36,540 nt of DNA from a virus (taxonomy: Duplodnaviria > Caudoviricetes): positions 1-36,540 of IMG/VR virus record IMGVR_UViG_3300047669_001410. One strand, 5' to 3'. Below the pieces are notes generated by a model, which had not been told where the DNA came from, searched no databases, and worked only from the letters and a program-made list of their open reading frames with translations. This document shows positions 6,623-16,210 of this stretch, one piece after another. Every line of letters starts with the position of its first letter. Position 1 is the stretch's first letter. The position numbers and the translations under genes were made by a program.

Positions 6623-8053
6623 ATGACCAAACAAATTATAGATAATTTACAGCCAGGAACATTAGACGGTGACTCTCTTTATACTACTGCTGAAAAAGTA
6701 AACGCTAATTTTAATGATATTTATTCCCATTTTGGGGATGGCTCAGTTTTAGATGGTGGTTACACTGGCTTAAAGAGTCTAAACGCTGGTTTGATTGTTA
6801 GCCAAGGACTTAATAGCTATACCTCCAGAGAAATTAAAAGCCTGACTAGCAGCATTCAAATAACAAACGGCACTGGCGCTCAAGGCGACCCTACTCTTGA
6901 TCTTTCTTTGACAGGGGTTTTGTCTCCAGGATCAAGTCCTTTTTTAAGTGCGCAACAAGGATTTACTGTAGATGTTCAAGGCAGGATAACTAAGCTTTCT
7001 GTTCCTACGACGCTTTCTGAATCAACCGCGCAAGCAAATGCCTCGGCCGGTTCTGCGACTGTTGCCAGCACCCAAGCTACAAACGCAGCTAACAGCGCGT
7101 CGGCAGCAGCTACTTCTGCTACTACTGCTAATAATGGTATATCAACAATTGCGACAAGCTTATCTTCCGCGCAAACCGCAGCAACTACCGCGTCTTCAGC
7201 CGCGACAACTGCCAGCGGCCATAAAGATACAGCTACAACACAAGCTGGATTAGCAACAACCAAAGCTTCAGAAGCCGTAACATCTGCAAGCGCCGCCTCA
7301 ACTTCTGCTGGAACAGCAACGACTCAAGCAGGGATATCAACAACTAAAGCTAGTGAAGCGTCTGTCTCGGCGAGCACAGCTACTACAGCTAAATCTGCAG
7401 CAGAAACAGCAGCATCGGCAGCAGCCGCGTCTTTTGATAGCTTTGACGATAGATACCTTGGAGCAAAAGGCACAGCTCCTACAGTAGACAATGATGGAAA
7501 TACACTTCTTGTTGGCAGCCTTTATTTTGATACGTCGTCGAATGAATTAAAGGTTAGAACTGCAACAGTTTGGCAGGGAGGCGTAACAGCAACAGGCGGG
7601 TTTATGACCGGAGCCAGCAATTTATCAGATCTTGCAAATGCTGTTACAAGTCGAGGAAATTTAGGCATTGGAACAATTGCAACTCAAGCTGCAAATAGCG
7701 TTTCAATAACTGGTGGGTCTATTAGTGGGATTACTGACTTAGCTATAGTAGATGGAGGAACTGGATCAGGTACAGCTTCTGGTGCTCGAACTAATTTAGG
7801 GCTACATGCAGTTGCGGCTAGCGGCGCTTATTCAGATTTGAGTGGATTGCCAGCGACAGTTACCCACCTTTCTATTACAGGAGGTTCTGCCGGAACAATA
7901 CCCTATCAAACCGCCGTAAATACCACAGGAATGTCGGCAGTTGGAACAACAGGACAAGTGTTGAGTAGCAATGCGACAGGAGCGCCAACTTGGATTAATC
8001 AAGACGCGTTAAGTGCCGGTGGCGGTATTGCCTCACAAATGAAATTTTCATAG
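6623..8053 (+). CDS. Fibre protein with T4 gp9/gp10-like N-terminal domain
   Basis: N-terminus KQII...DGDSL...EKVNANFNDIY, an Ala/Ser/Thr-rich shaft, and FDDRYLGAK..APTVDNDG and NLSDL...RGNLG fibre motifs. Confidence 0.75.
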   Translation: MTKQIIDNLQPGTLDGDSLYTTAEKVNANFNDIYSHFGDGSVLDGGYTGLKSLNAGLIVSQGLNSYTSREIKSLTSSIQITNGTGAQGDPTLDLSLTGVLSPGSSPFLSAQQGFTVDVQGRITKLSVPTTLSESTAQANASAGSATVASTQATNAANSASAAATSATTANNGISTIATSLSSAQTAATTASSAATTASGHKDTATTQAGLATTKASEAVTSASAASTSAGTATTQAGISTTKASEASVSASTATTAKSAAETAASAAAASFDSFDDRYLGAKGTAPTVDNDGNTLLVGSLYFDTSSNELKVRTATVWQGGVTATGGFMTGASNLSDLANAVTSRGNLGIGTIATQAANSVSITGGSISGITDLAIVDGGTGSGTASGARTNLGLHAVAASGAYSDLSGLPATVTHLSITGGSAGTIPYQTAVNTTGMSAVGTTGQVLSSNATGAPTWINQDALSAGGGIASQMKFS

Positions 8054-8064
8054 GAACATAAAAC

Positions 8065-9768
8065 ATGGCTGATCTGGTAAAGCAAATATTTCATAAAAAA
8101 TACACTCCTGCTGAAATAGGCGCAGGCAACATTGCCTCTGTTACAACTGATGCAACAACAGCTTTAGTTATTAAAGATGTAAATGTAGCGCATAGTGATG
8201 GCTCAACTTCTCATCCTTTGGCTACGCTTTCCGTTGGGACAACTGCGGATTTAGCTGCAACCCCTAGCAAGTTTATAAATTTAGGCACAATTAGCAGCAG
8301 CACAACTAAAGGAGTTTCTGGATCGGAAATTGTTGACGTGTCATCTACTCTTTCAGTAAGAGTCCCCGCCCAGCCAATTAATTTTGTAGATTATAGACAT
8401 TCTTCACTTGCTTACATAACGACTTCAAATATTACTCAATGCCAAGGAATAGAACTTAGTGTTAATAAAATTCCAGAGCCTGTTGGAGAGCAAACAGTTC
8501 AAACATCTACTACATTTTCTGCCACTACAACTGGTGCGGGCACGATGGACTACAGCGGTAATTTTAGGCAATTTGTTACAAATACCATCACAAATTTAAA
8601 ACATTTCTTTACCGTATTAAATAACAGAGGCGGTCAAACAAATTTAATTTATACTGGAAGTTTTGATGGAACTACCCATTATCTAACTGGCCACGGAACA
8701 GGCAACAGACCTTGGGATTACGACGGTAGGTTTTTAGTTGCTCCTGACAACACAACTAGATTTCAATATCATGATCTCAAAGGCGCAGCTTCTCGAAGTC
8801 CCCACACAGGAACACACGGTTATGTGGATTTGTACAATAAAGCTGGAACGGCATTAACTCGTCCTACAATGGGGGGCAGTTACGCCATTCATAATATGGC
8901 TTATTTTTCAGATAACGGTAAACGAATGTCAGTTCACTCAAGCGCATATAACAAAGAAGTATTTTTAGTGGAATGGCCTGACTACACAACTGAATCTCTA
9001 GCTTGGTCGTCGCCAAATAATAGAACAACAGGTTTCTGGCTATTAGCAAATGCTGCTCAAACATCAAGTAACGGAAGTTACGGTCCAAACAGTAATAGAT
9101 CTTCCCCCGGATATATTCGAGCTACTTATTCACAAAGCAACTATCGACAAAACTGGTTTATTGGAACTACGGCGTACTCTAAAACCAAACGGATTTTAAT
9201 ATTTTCAAATGGACACGCAACGCAGCATTCAAATACGTTGTACTTTTTTTGGGCAGACACAGATCATATGCACCAATCAAGTTTTACATCAAGCTCAAAT
9301 TCTTACAGCGTGGACGTAAATGACGCAAACCTTCTCTTGGGTTGGCACACATCGTATCTTGCTGGTGGCAATTGGGTTAACAGCGGCAATACTGCTTCAA
9401 TAACTGCTGCTGCTTTCCGAGGCAGAACCGGATCGTCCGCAAGCTGGACACACACATCTCAATTTTATCTTGACCAAGATATTCTCACATTTACAAATAG
9501 TATGTCAGCCGGAAACGGACCTGGCCCAATCGTTTCTTGGAATATGAAAACCAATGAAGTTACTGCCGCAGGAGGTCTGACTTGGGCAAAATATGTCGAT
9601 TCAAGCGGAACCGCTTTGGCAAATCCTGGCGCAGGAGAAACCGAGGGATTTGTTATAGGCCACAGGTCGTTTGCTTCTGCCCCTTCATCTACTCAAATTT
9701 CAGGTCGCTCATATACTGTAGCCCCTGAGCTAGAAGTAAGAATAACAGCAGTCGAGGAGAGTAGATAA
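8065..9768 (+). CDS. Fibre-associated, putative receptor-binding beta-rich protein
   Basis: 567 aa rich in S/T/G/aromatic residues. Follows the fibre gene, and its C-terminus VRITAVEE resembles that of the next gene. Confidence 0.55.
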   Translation: MADLVKQIFHKKYTPAEIGAGNIASVTTDATTALVIKDVNVAHSDGSTSHPLATLSVGTTADLAATPSKFINLGTISSSTTKGVSGSEIVDVSSTLSVRVPAQPINFVDYRHSSLAYITTSNITQCQGIELSVNKIPEPVGEQTVQTSTTFSATTTGAGTMDYSGNFRQFVTNTITNLKHFFTVLNNRGGQTNLIYTGSFDGTTHYLTGHGTGNRPWDYDGRFLVAPDNTTRFQYHDLKGAASRSPHTGTHGYVDLYNKAGTALTRPTMGGSYAIHNMAYFSDNGKRMSVHSSAYNKEVFLVEWPDYTTESLAWSSPNNRTTGFWLLANAAQTSSNGSYGPNSNRSSPGYIRATYSQSNYRQNWFIGTTAYSKTKRILIFSNGHATQHSNTLYFFWADTDHMHQSSFTSSSNSYSVDVNDANLLLGWHTSYLAGGNWVNSGNTASITAAAFRGRTGSSASWTHTSQFYLDQDILTFTNSMSAGNGPGPIVSWNMKTNEVTAAGGLTWAKYVDSSGTALANPGAGETEGFVIGHRSFASAPSSTQISGRSYTVAPELEVRITAVEESR

Positions 9769-10142
9769 TGGCTTTAACGAAGATTCTAAAACCTACAGCT
9801 GAAGTTGCAGCTTCAGCTATTGCATCTGTCCCAGCAAAAACAATTGCGTGTATGAACTACACGACCGCTAATACTTTAATGTATCTTGTTCCAGAAGGAA
9901 GAAAATTTGAAGGAGTTGTGGGAGTAAATAGTGGGACCGCGGCAATGTCAATTGCTGTGGTTGGAAGTCTTCTTCAGAACTCTGTAAATGTTAACAAGTT
10001 AGATCAAACAAAAGTTCCGTTTCCTGCTTATCAGTGGGGGCTTTGGAATTTTAAATTTAAATTAAACGCTGGAGATAAAATATACAGCTCTACGTCAAAC
10101 AGCGTTCAATCACGAATTTTAGGAGTAGAAGAAGATGCTTGA
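9768..10142 (+). CDS. Small fibre-associated beta-sandwich protein
   Basis: YLVPEG...LNAGDKI...RILGVEE pattern seen in phage fibre-module proteins. Confidence 0.55.
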   Translation: MALTKILKPTAEVAASAIASVPAKTIACMNYTTANTLMYLVPEGRKFEGVVGVNSGTAAMSIAVVGSLLQNSVNVNKLDQTKVPFPAYQWGLWNFKFKLNAGDKIYSSTSNSVQSRILGVEEDA

Positions 10143-10437
10143 TTTTGCAAAATCTTATAAAGATATTCTTTGTGACGGAGTTGTTACAGTTTTGGAAAAT
10201 GAAGAAGGTTATCTTGTCACGTTGCAGACTCAGCCGGTTTTTGTAGACGCGGAAGAAAATAAAATTGAAGATCCGTATAATGGATTTACGGCAGTAAAAA
10301 AAGCAAGATTAAATCTTAATTTAAGCAATCCGCTTACTCAACGCGCGTTTAAAGATAAGGACGATGTTATACAATTTTGCGATTTGAATGTGTCAACCAT
10401 ATTTATGGAATGGTATGACGATCCAGTAGAAGAATAA
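10135..10437 (+). CDS. Acidic hypothetical protein, possible fibre assembly chaperone
   Basis: 100 aa at the end of the fibre module, with GGAG SD. Confidence 0.5.
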   Translation: MLDFAKSYKDILCDGVVTVLENEEGYLVTLQTQPVFVDAEENKIEDPYNGFTAVKKARLNLNLSNPLTQRAFKDKDDVIQFCDLNVSTIFMEWYDDPVEE

Positions 10438-10462
10438 AAAATAAACGTTAAAGGAGCAACTT

Positions 10463-10696
10463 GTGAAAGAAATTGATTTTTCAAAAATAGAACCGTATCA
10501 TTATTCTGATTGGTTAGCCTCTTTGAAATACGAAGATCTTCAAAGATTGCGCCAAGTAGTGCGAAAAATGCATATGAAAGATTATCCAAAAAGCCGCATT
10601 ACTGAACGCGAAATGGATCGCATTATTGAAGCAATTGGACCAAGGGTTGCGGAACAAAACTTAAAGGCTTTAATTGATGCTGGAAAACTCACCTGA
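10463..10696 (+). CDS. Hypothetical protein upstream of terL
   Basis: GTG start with AAGGAG SD. Overlaps the terL start. Confidence 0.7.
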   Translation: MKEIDFSKIEPYHYSDWLASLKYEDLQRLRQVVRKMHMKDYPKSRITEREMDRIIEAIGPRVAEQNLKALIDAGKLT

Positions 10697-12263
10697 AGAA
10701 CAAGGCTATAAATTTAGTTATAAGCCTGGTGGAGAAACTTTAAAGAATTTCTTAAAAGATAATTCGTTTGTGCGAGGAATGAGGGGGCCAGTTGGGTCAG
10801 GAAAATCTGTAAGTTGTTGCATTGAAGTAATGCGCAGAGCTTGTGAACAAGAGCCAGATAAAAACGGAGTGCGCCGGTCAAGATGGGGCGTAATTAGAAA
10901 CACAAATCCCCAGCTTAAAACAACAACTATTAAAACGTGGCTTGATTGGTATCCTGAAAATATATTTGGGGTTTTTAAATGGTCTGTGCCTTACACGCAT
11001 ATGGTCAGATTTGCTGACGTTGAAATAGAAGTAATCTTTCTTGCTTTAGATAGAGATGAAGATGTTAGAAAACTTTTATCTATTGAGTTCACAGGCATTT
11101 GGATTAATGAAGCAAGAGAAGTTCCTAAATCTATTATTGACGCTTGCACAATGCGCGTCGGGCGTTTTCCAAGTCGCAAAGACGGAGGCCCATCTTGGTA
11201 TGGAGTAATAATGGACACAAACGCTCCTGATGAAGATCACTGGTGGGCAATTATGTCTGGAGAAGTTCCGTTGCCTGAATACCTTACTCGTGAAGAAGCT
11301 TTAATGCTTGTTCGCCCAGATGACTGGTCTTTTTATAGTCAGCCTTCTGCGTTAAATGAAGTAAAGTCTCCAGATGGAGAAGTTATTGATTACAAGCCAA
11401 ATCCAAAAGCTGAAAATAAACACAACCTTGTTGAAACCTATTACCCGAAACTTGTAGCAGGAAAGACAAAATCATGGATAGACGTTTATGTAATGAACAG
11501 GATCGGAAACGTAGTAGAGGGGAAATCAGTGTACGCAAACTTTGCTCCAGAAATACATATGGCAAGAGAGCCAATTCCCGTAGTGCCAAATCAAGATTTG
11601 ATTATTGGTATGGATTTTGGATTAACGCCAGCCGCCGTTTTTTGTCAACGGCTCCCTACTGGGCGCTGGTTGGTTTTAGCGGAACTTGTGGCTTCGAATA
11701 TGGGGGCAGAGAAATTTTCTCAAGAAATCAAACACGTCCTCGCCAAAAAATTCCCTGACCATTTTGATGACGCTATTATTTACGGAGATCCATCTGGAGA
11801 TTATAGAGCGCAAACTGATGAGAAAACACCGTTTTCAATTTTAAGAGCCGCCGGATTGAAAGCTTATCCTGCGCCAAGCAATGATCCAAGTATAAGGATT
11901 GATAGCGTGGACGGGACTTTAACTCGCGTTGTTCAAGGTAAACCTGGATTTTTATTAGATCCTAGTTGCACTATTTTAAAACGCGGGTTTGAAGGCGGCT
12001 ACGCTTATATGAGAGTTAGAGCTTCAGGAGCAACTGAAAGATACCACGATGCTCCAGACAAAAACAAATTTAGTCACATCCATGATGCGTTGCAATACGC
12101 AATGATTGGAGGCGGGGAAAGCCGCAAAATGATGGGTCGCAACAGAGCTAACGTTGTAAATGCAAAAGCTGTATGGGACCCATTTGATAGACAAAAAGAA
12201 CGCATGAGTCCACAGAAAAAAGAGAATGATAAATGGGAACGTCTATTTCGGCGTGGTATTTAG
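10674..12263 (+). CDS. terL: Terminase large subunit
   Basis: Walker A GPVGSGKS, Walker B IWINEARE, coupling motif DTN, and nuclease motifs GMDFGL and HIHDALQY. Confidence 0.95.
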   Translation: MMLENSPEEQGYKFSYKPGGETLKNFLKDNSFVRGMRGPVGSGKSVSCCIEVMRRACEQEPDKNGVRRSRWGVIRNTNPQLKTTTIKTWLDWYPENIFGVFKWSVPYTHMVRFADVEIEVIFLALDRDEDVRKLLSIEFTGIWINEAREVPKSIIDACTMRVGRFPSRKDGGPSWYGVIMDTNAPDEDHWWAIMSGEVPLPEYLTREEALMLVRPDDWSFYSQPSALNEVKSPDGEVIDYKPNPKAENKHNLVETYYPKLVAGKTKSWIDVYVMNRIGNVVEGKSVYANFAPEIHMAREPIPVVPNQDLIIGMDFGLTPAAVFCQRLPTGRWLVLAELVASNMGAEKFSQEIKHVLAKKFPDHFDDAIIYGDPSGDYRAQTDEKTPFSILRAAGLKAYPAPSNDPSIRIDSVDGTLTRVVQGKPGFLLDPSCTILKRGFEGGYAYMRVRASGATERYHDAPDKNKFSHIHDALQYAMIGGGESRKMMGRNRANVVNAKAVWDPFDRQKERMSPQKKENDKWERLFRRGI

Positions 12264-12694
12264 TATTTATTGCAAGAAGCAACGAATATTGGTGGGATCA
12301 CGTTTTTTGCAGAGGAAAATTTAAGCATGTTGCTGCATTGGGGTATGATCCTCAATTAGACCAATGGTATCTTTATGACCACTCAATAATTGGGCTTAAT
12401 ATATATAAAATGGCAAATAAACAATTGGATAATTTTTTAATAAACATTGAGCGTCGTGGAGGGGTTGTGTTAAAAGCGCTGCCTCCTAAAACTGGCTATC
12501 GCCAAATATGTTTTCCAATGGCAACTTGCGTTTCTGCAATAAAGCATCTTGTTAAATTTAAATCATGGGCCTTTACGCCAACTCAACTTTTTTGTGCGTA
12601 TACATCAGCAGGCGCATCGGTTTCTTTTGTATCATCAGACGATTCTGCGGAGAAAACAAATGAGCCAAATTGGCGATCTATTGTCCGGTCCTAA
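12233..12694 (+). CDS. Possible permuted papain-like (NlpC/P60) protein
   Basis: His (FKHV) precedes Cys (TCVSAIK), followed by FTPTQL. Confidence 0.5.
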   Translation: MGTSISAWYLVFIARSNEYWWDHVFCRGKFKHVAALGYDPQLDQWYLYDHSIIGLNIYKMANKQLDNFLINIERRGGVVLKALPPKTGYRQICFPMATCVSAIKHLVKFKSWAFTPTQLFCAYTSAGASVSFVSSDDSAEKTNEPNWRSIVRS

Positions 12695-12884
12695 ACCAGA
12701 CACCCAATTAACAGCCGACAGGGCTGCTGCCCGTCGCTCTGCGGAAGAAGAAAAAGCAAGAGCAGACGCGAAGTCTGCTAATTTAAGAAGCGCTCGGTTA
12801 AACGGTGCTGTTGGGTACAGCAGTTTAATTTCGGCAGGAACGGCCGGTGGCGGTCAGCAAGTTAAAAAAAGTTTATTGGGATAA
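12660..12884 (+). CDS. Small virion protein preceding the portal
   Basis: GGAG SD before ATG 12660. Ala/Arg-rich with C-terminal KKSLLG, in a position typical of podoviruses. Confidence 0.7.
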   Translation: MSQIGDLLSGPKPDTQLTADRAAARRSAEEEKARADAKSANLRSARLNGAVGYSSLISAGTAGGGQQVKKSLLG

Positions 12885-12887
12885 CAA

Positions 12888-14423
12888 ATGACTCCTAAAA
12901 ATTTAAAGGAAAAAGCAGAAGCCGCTTTTACAAAAAGAGATAGATATAAATCTCTTTTTCAAGACGCTTATGATTACACTATGCCAACAAGGCAAGGATT
13001 TGACCATTCAGATCAAGTAGGCGTATCAAGAACAGATCGCATTTTTGATGAAACGGCAGTAGTCGGAGTAACAGAATTTGCTGCAGAACTACAAAGCAGT
13101 TTAATCCCTCCTTTTGCAAGATGGGCTAATTTAGTCGCTGGTTCAGATATTCCTGATGAGCAAGAAGCGGAAGAGGTTAATGCCGAATTGCAAAAAATTA
13201 CAGAAAAAGTATTTGACCATATTGCTAATTCAAATTTTGACCAAGAAATAAATGAAGCTTTACACGATTTAGCTGTTGGAACTGGCGTATTAAATATTAC
13301 AGCAGGAGATTCTGTTGACCCATTAAGATTCCAAGCAATTCCTTTAACGGAAATTGCGTTAGAGGATGGGCCAGACGGATTAGTAGACGATGTGCATTAT
13401 AGAAAATTGTGCAAGATTGAGCACCTTCCAATTATGTTTCCTGATATGCCAAAAGATGTTTGGGAAATTGTCAAATCAAGGAATCAATCCAATGACACTA
13501 TAGAAATTATGCAATCAACAATAAGAGATAGATCTTCTCCAAATGTTAGAAATTGGGACTACGTTTGTCATATTCCTTCTTTAGAAGCTGAATTGCATAA
13601 AGAAAGATATGAAGGAAGAGGATCAAATCCTTGGGTGCTATTTAGATGGAGCAAAGCCGCTGGAGAAAGCTATGGACGCGGCCCTGTTATAAATGCGCTC
13701 CCTGCAATACGAACTTGCAATCTAGTAGTTCAGCTAATTCTTGAAAACGCTGACATGAGTATTTCAGGTATGTGGCAAGCAGATGATGATGGAGTTATAA
13801 ACCCAGACAGTATTTCTCTTCGTCCTGGAATAATAATTCCTCGCGCTCCAGGCAGTCGGATTGATCCGTTGCAAACTCCAGCAAGATTTGACGTTGGCCA
13901 ACTTGTTTTAGACGATATGCGTCATAATATAAAACGCGCTTTATACAATCAACAATTAGGTAGGCCGCACGAAGCCACACCAATGAGCGCAACTGAAGTT
14001 GCAGAGCGTATGGCGCAATTAGCTCAAGAGATTGGTCCAGCCTTTGGGCGATTAATGAAAGAATTAGTTGAGCCAGTAATTCAACGAGTTGTTTATATTA
14101 TGAAGCAAAAAGGACTTATTGAGTTACCAGTAATAAACGGAAAAACAATTAAAGTTGTGTCTCAATCTCCTTTAGCCGCAGCCCAAAGAATGCAAGACGT
14201 AACAAACATGGATAGTTACATGCAGCGAATGGCACAAATTTTTGGCCCTCAAATGACACAAGTTTTAATTGACCAAGATGAAACTGCAAGATGGTATGCC
14301 GAAAGACAACAAGTCCCAATGAAGCTTTTGCGCTCTAAGGAGGAGCAAGCAAGATTGTTACAGGAAACAATTGGGCAACTTGCCCCAGCTTTAGAAGCTC
14401 AAAAAGGAGGCGAGCCTCAATGA
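12888..14423 (+). CDS. Portal (head-to-tail connector), T7 gp8/BPP-1 type
   Basis: Motifs DLAVGTG, RWSKAAGESYGRGP, MSATEVAER and SPLAAAQR. 511 aa. Confidence 0.93.
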   Translation: MTPKNLKEKAEAAFTKRDRYKSLFQDAYDYTMPTRQGFDHSDQVGVSRTDRIFDETAVVGVTEFAAELQSSLIPPFARWANLVAGSDIPDEQEAEEVNAELQKITEKVFDHIANSNFDQEINEALHDLAVGTGVLNITAGDSVDPLRFQAIPLTEIALEDGPDGLVDDVHYRKLCKIEHLPIMFPDMPKDVWEIVKSRNQSNDTIEIMQSTIRDRSSPNVRNWDYVCHIPSLEAELHKERYEGRGSNPWVLFRWSKAAGESYGRGPVINALPAIRTCNLVVQLILENADMSISGMWQADDDGVINPDSISLRPGIIIPRAPGSRIDPLQTPARFDVGQLVLDDMRHNIKRALYNQQLGRPHEATPMSATEVAERMAQLAQEIGPAFGRLMKELVEPVIQRVVYIMKQKGLIELPVINGKTIKVVSQSPLAAAQRMQDVTNMDSYMQRMAQIFGPQMTQVLIDQDETARWYAERQQVPMKLLRSKEEQARLLQETIGQLAPALEAQKGGEPQ

Positions 14424-14722
14424 CAGAAATTTCAAGAGCTGCGGTAGCGCATATTGCTAACGCTTTATTTACAGAAGGGGATGGAGAAATATTTTTAGAT
14501 TACTTGCGGTCATTAACTATTAACCAAGTTTTATCCCCGCCAATTGAAGCTTCCGAAGTAATTTATATGGAAGGCAGAAGATCTGTGTATGCAGATATAA
14601 TACAATTAATTGAAACGTCTGAAAAACTTAAATCTCAAAATGGAGTATCCGATGGAAGAAGCGTTACAAGTCTCTGGGACAGAGCAAACAGCAGAATCAG
14701 TAGAGACGATAGATCGTCCTGA
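14420..14722 (+). CDS. Bbp19-like protein
   Basis: F...DGEIFLDYL...YMEGRRSV motif, located between portal and scaffold. Confidence 0.7.
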   Translation: MTEISRAAVAHIANALFTEGDGEIFLDYLRSLTINQVLSPPIEASEVIYMEGRRSVYADIIQLIETSEKLKSQNGVSDGRSVTSLWDRANSRISRDDRSS

Positions 14723-15365
14723 CAATATCCCTGATAAGTTTTGGGATTCTGAAACAAATTCAGCAAAAGTAGATTCTATGGCTGAAGCCTATACTGCTTT
14801 AGAAAAGAAAATGTTTACTAAAAACGAAGTTTTAAGAGCCGAGTTAGCAGACGAAAGACTTGCAAGCAGGCCAGAAGATTTATCAAAGTATACAACTCCA
14901 GAACTTGAAGGTGTTGAATGGTCAGACACTGATCCACTTTTATCTTTTTGGCGAGAGCAATCTTTTACAATGGGGTTAGACAACGAGCAATTTCAATCAG
15001 GAGTAAGCGCATATATTGACGCAGTTCAAAAAAACGCCCCTAACATTGAAGCTGAAATGGCAAAGCTAGGAGATGACGCTCAAACAAGAGTAAATGCAGT
15101 AAAATCTTGGTCTGAAAAGCTTTCTACTCAAACTCAAGAACAGCTTGCAAAAGTAGCAAATTCAGCAGAAGGATTAATGGCTGTTGAAGAATTAATGGGA
15201 ATGGTAGGCAAAAGCGGTGGATTAGTTGATAGTCAAGCATCTGCTCCAGTAAAAAGAACAATTGAAGAATTGCAACAGTTAATGAATAGCCCAAAATATT
15301 GGGACCCAGCACATAGAGATCCTAAACTTATTGAGGAGATCACTCAAGGATTTGCTAGGCTCTAA
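14652..15365 (+). CDS. Capsid scaffolding protein
   Basis: Acidic, with RPDNIPDKFW...AYTALEKK and C-terminal KYWDP. GGAG SD before ATG 14652. Confidence 0.8.
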   Translation: MEEALQVSGTEQTAESVETIDRPDNIPDKFWDSETNSAKVDSMAEAYTALEKKMFTKNEVLRAELADERLASRPEDLSKYTTPELEGVEWSDTDPLLSFWREQSFTMGLDNEQFQSGVSAYIDAVQKNAPNIEAEMAKLGDDAQTRVNAVKSWSEKLSTQTQEQLAKVANSAEGLMAVEELMGMVGKSGGLVDSQASAPVKRTIEELQQLMNSPKYWDPAHRDPKLIEEITQGFARL

Positions 15366-15571
15366 TGAATAGCGGTGACATCCTCAAAGAAATGGGAAGA
15401 TTGTCAGCGCAAGTTGAACGATTACAATTAGACGTACAGCAAATAAATAAAACAGTAAGCAAACAAAACGATCAACTTGCAAGATGGAGAGGAGCAGGAG
15501 CAGTCCTTACTTTAATAGGAGCTGGAGTTGGATATTTTGGCAGTGCAATTTTAGGAAAGGTTTGGCCTTGA
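15365..15571 (+). CDS. Coiled-coil plus C-terminal TM protein (XhlA/holin-like architecture)
   Basis: Heptad N-terminus followed by RWRGAGAVLTLIGAGVGYFG. Confidence 0.65.
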   Translation: MNSGDILKEMGRLSAQVERLQLDVQQINKTVSKQNDQLARWRGAGAVLTLIGAGVGYFGSAILGKVWP

Positions 15572-15888
15572 AACAAAAATTAATAATTATTTTGTTTGTT
15601 GGAATGATCCTTGTTTTGTTATGGGCTAAATTTGCTCGTGCTGAAAATCAAAACCGCTATTGCCTGCCTATAAAAACAGCATTGCAAACTATGAAAAAAA
15701 CACATAACGAAGTGCCTGTTTTAAGAGCAACAAATCAACGTAATGAATTAATTATTATTACAGTTAATAAAAAAACACAACATTGGACAGCTTTGCAAAG
15801 CGTGAAAAATGTATGGCTTTGTTCTGTTTCTTACGGAGACTCGCTTGAGTTAATTAAAGCTTATGTTAAAATTCAAACCAGGCAATAA
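15568..15888 (+). CDS. Secreted/periplasmic protein with signal peptide
   Basis: TTG start overlapping the previous stop. Signal KQKLIIILFVGMILVLLWAKFARA and two Cys. Confidence 0.65.
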   Translation: MKQKLIIILFVGMILVLLWAKFARAENQNRYCLPIKTALQTMKKTHNEVPVLRATNQRNELIIITVNKKTQHWTALQSVKNVWLCSVSYGDSLELIKAYVKIQTRQ

Positions 15889-15894
15889 ACGCTA

Positions 15895-16062
15895 ATGGAA
15901 AACGTTGACGCTCTTTCTTGGCTTAATTCAGCAATAGCAGCTTTCGCTGTATTGGGAGGCATGGCTTATGCTATTATTAAAACTAAAATTGACGTTGAGC
16001 ATTTAACTAAAAAAGTTGAGACGCTTTTTCAATTGTGGAATAACCGGAATAAAGATAAGTAA
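15895..16062 (+). CDS. 55-aa single-TM protein
   Basis: Manual translation: MENVDALSWLNSAIAAFAVLGGMAYAIIKTKIDVEHLTKKVETLFQLWNNRNKDK. It fills the gap exactly. Confidence 0.65.
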   Translation: MENVDALSWLNSAIAAFAVLGGMAYAIIKTKIDVEHLTKKVETLFQLWNNRNKDK

Positions 16063-16070
16063 ATTAAATT

Positions 16071-16077
16071 GTGCGTA
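16071..16077 (+). promoter_or_regulatory. GTGCGTA motif, putative late promoter for the capsid gene
   Basis: Intergenic. TTGTGCGTAC is shared with the copy at 6571. Confidence 0.55.
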
Positions 16078-16109
16078 CTAACCCTTCATTTCTTTAGATA
16101 CCAATAATC

Positions 16110-16181
16110 ATCGGCCCATAACGCACAAGCTTTGGCCCTTCGGGAATAACCAAGTTAGCGACTGCCAACGGAACAACCGAT
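16110..16181 (+). promoter_or_regulatory. Structured 5' leader of the capsid gene
   Basis: Nested stems ATCGGCC...GG-AACAA-CCGAT and TTGGCCC-TTC-GGG-AATAA-CCAA. Confidence 0.6.
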
Positions 16182-16210
16182 TTGTGTTTAATTTATAAAG
16201 GAAGTTAAAA

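Noticed and set aside
7020-7440. Ala/Ser/Thr repeats and overlapping ORFs 6976-7263 and 7038-7253
   Set aside because: This is an ordinary low-complexity fibre shaft, and the extra ORFs are shadows of GCN/ACN/TCN codons.
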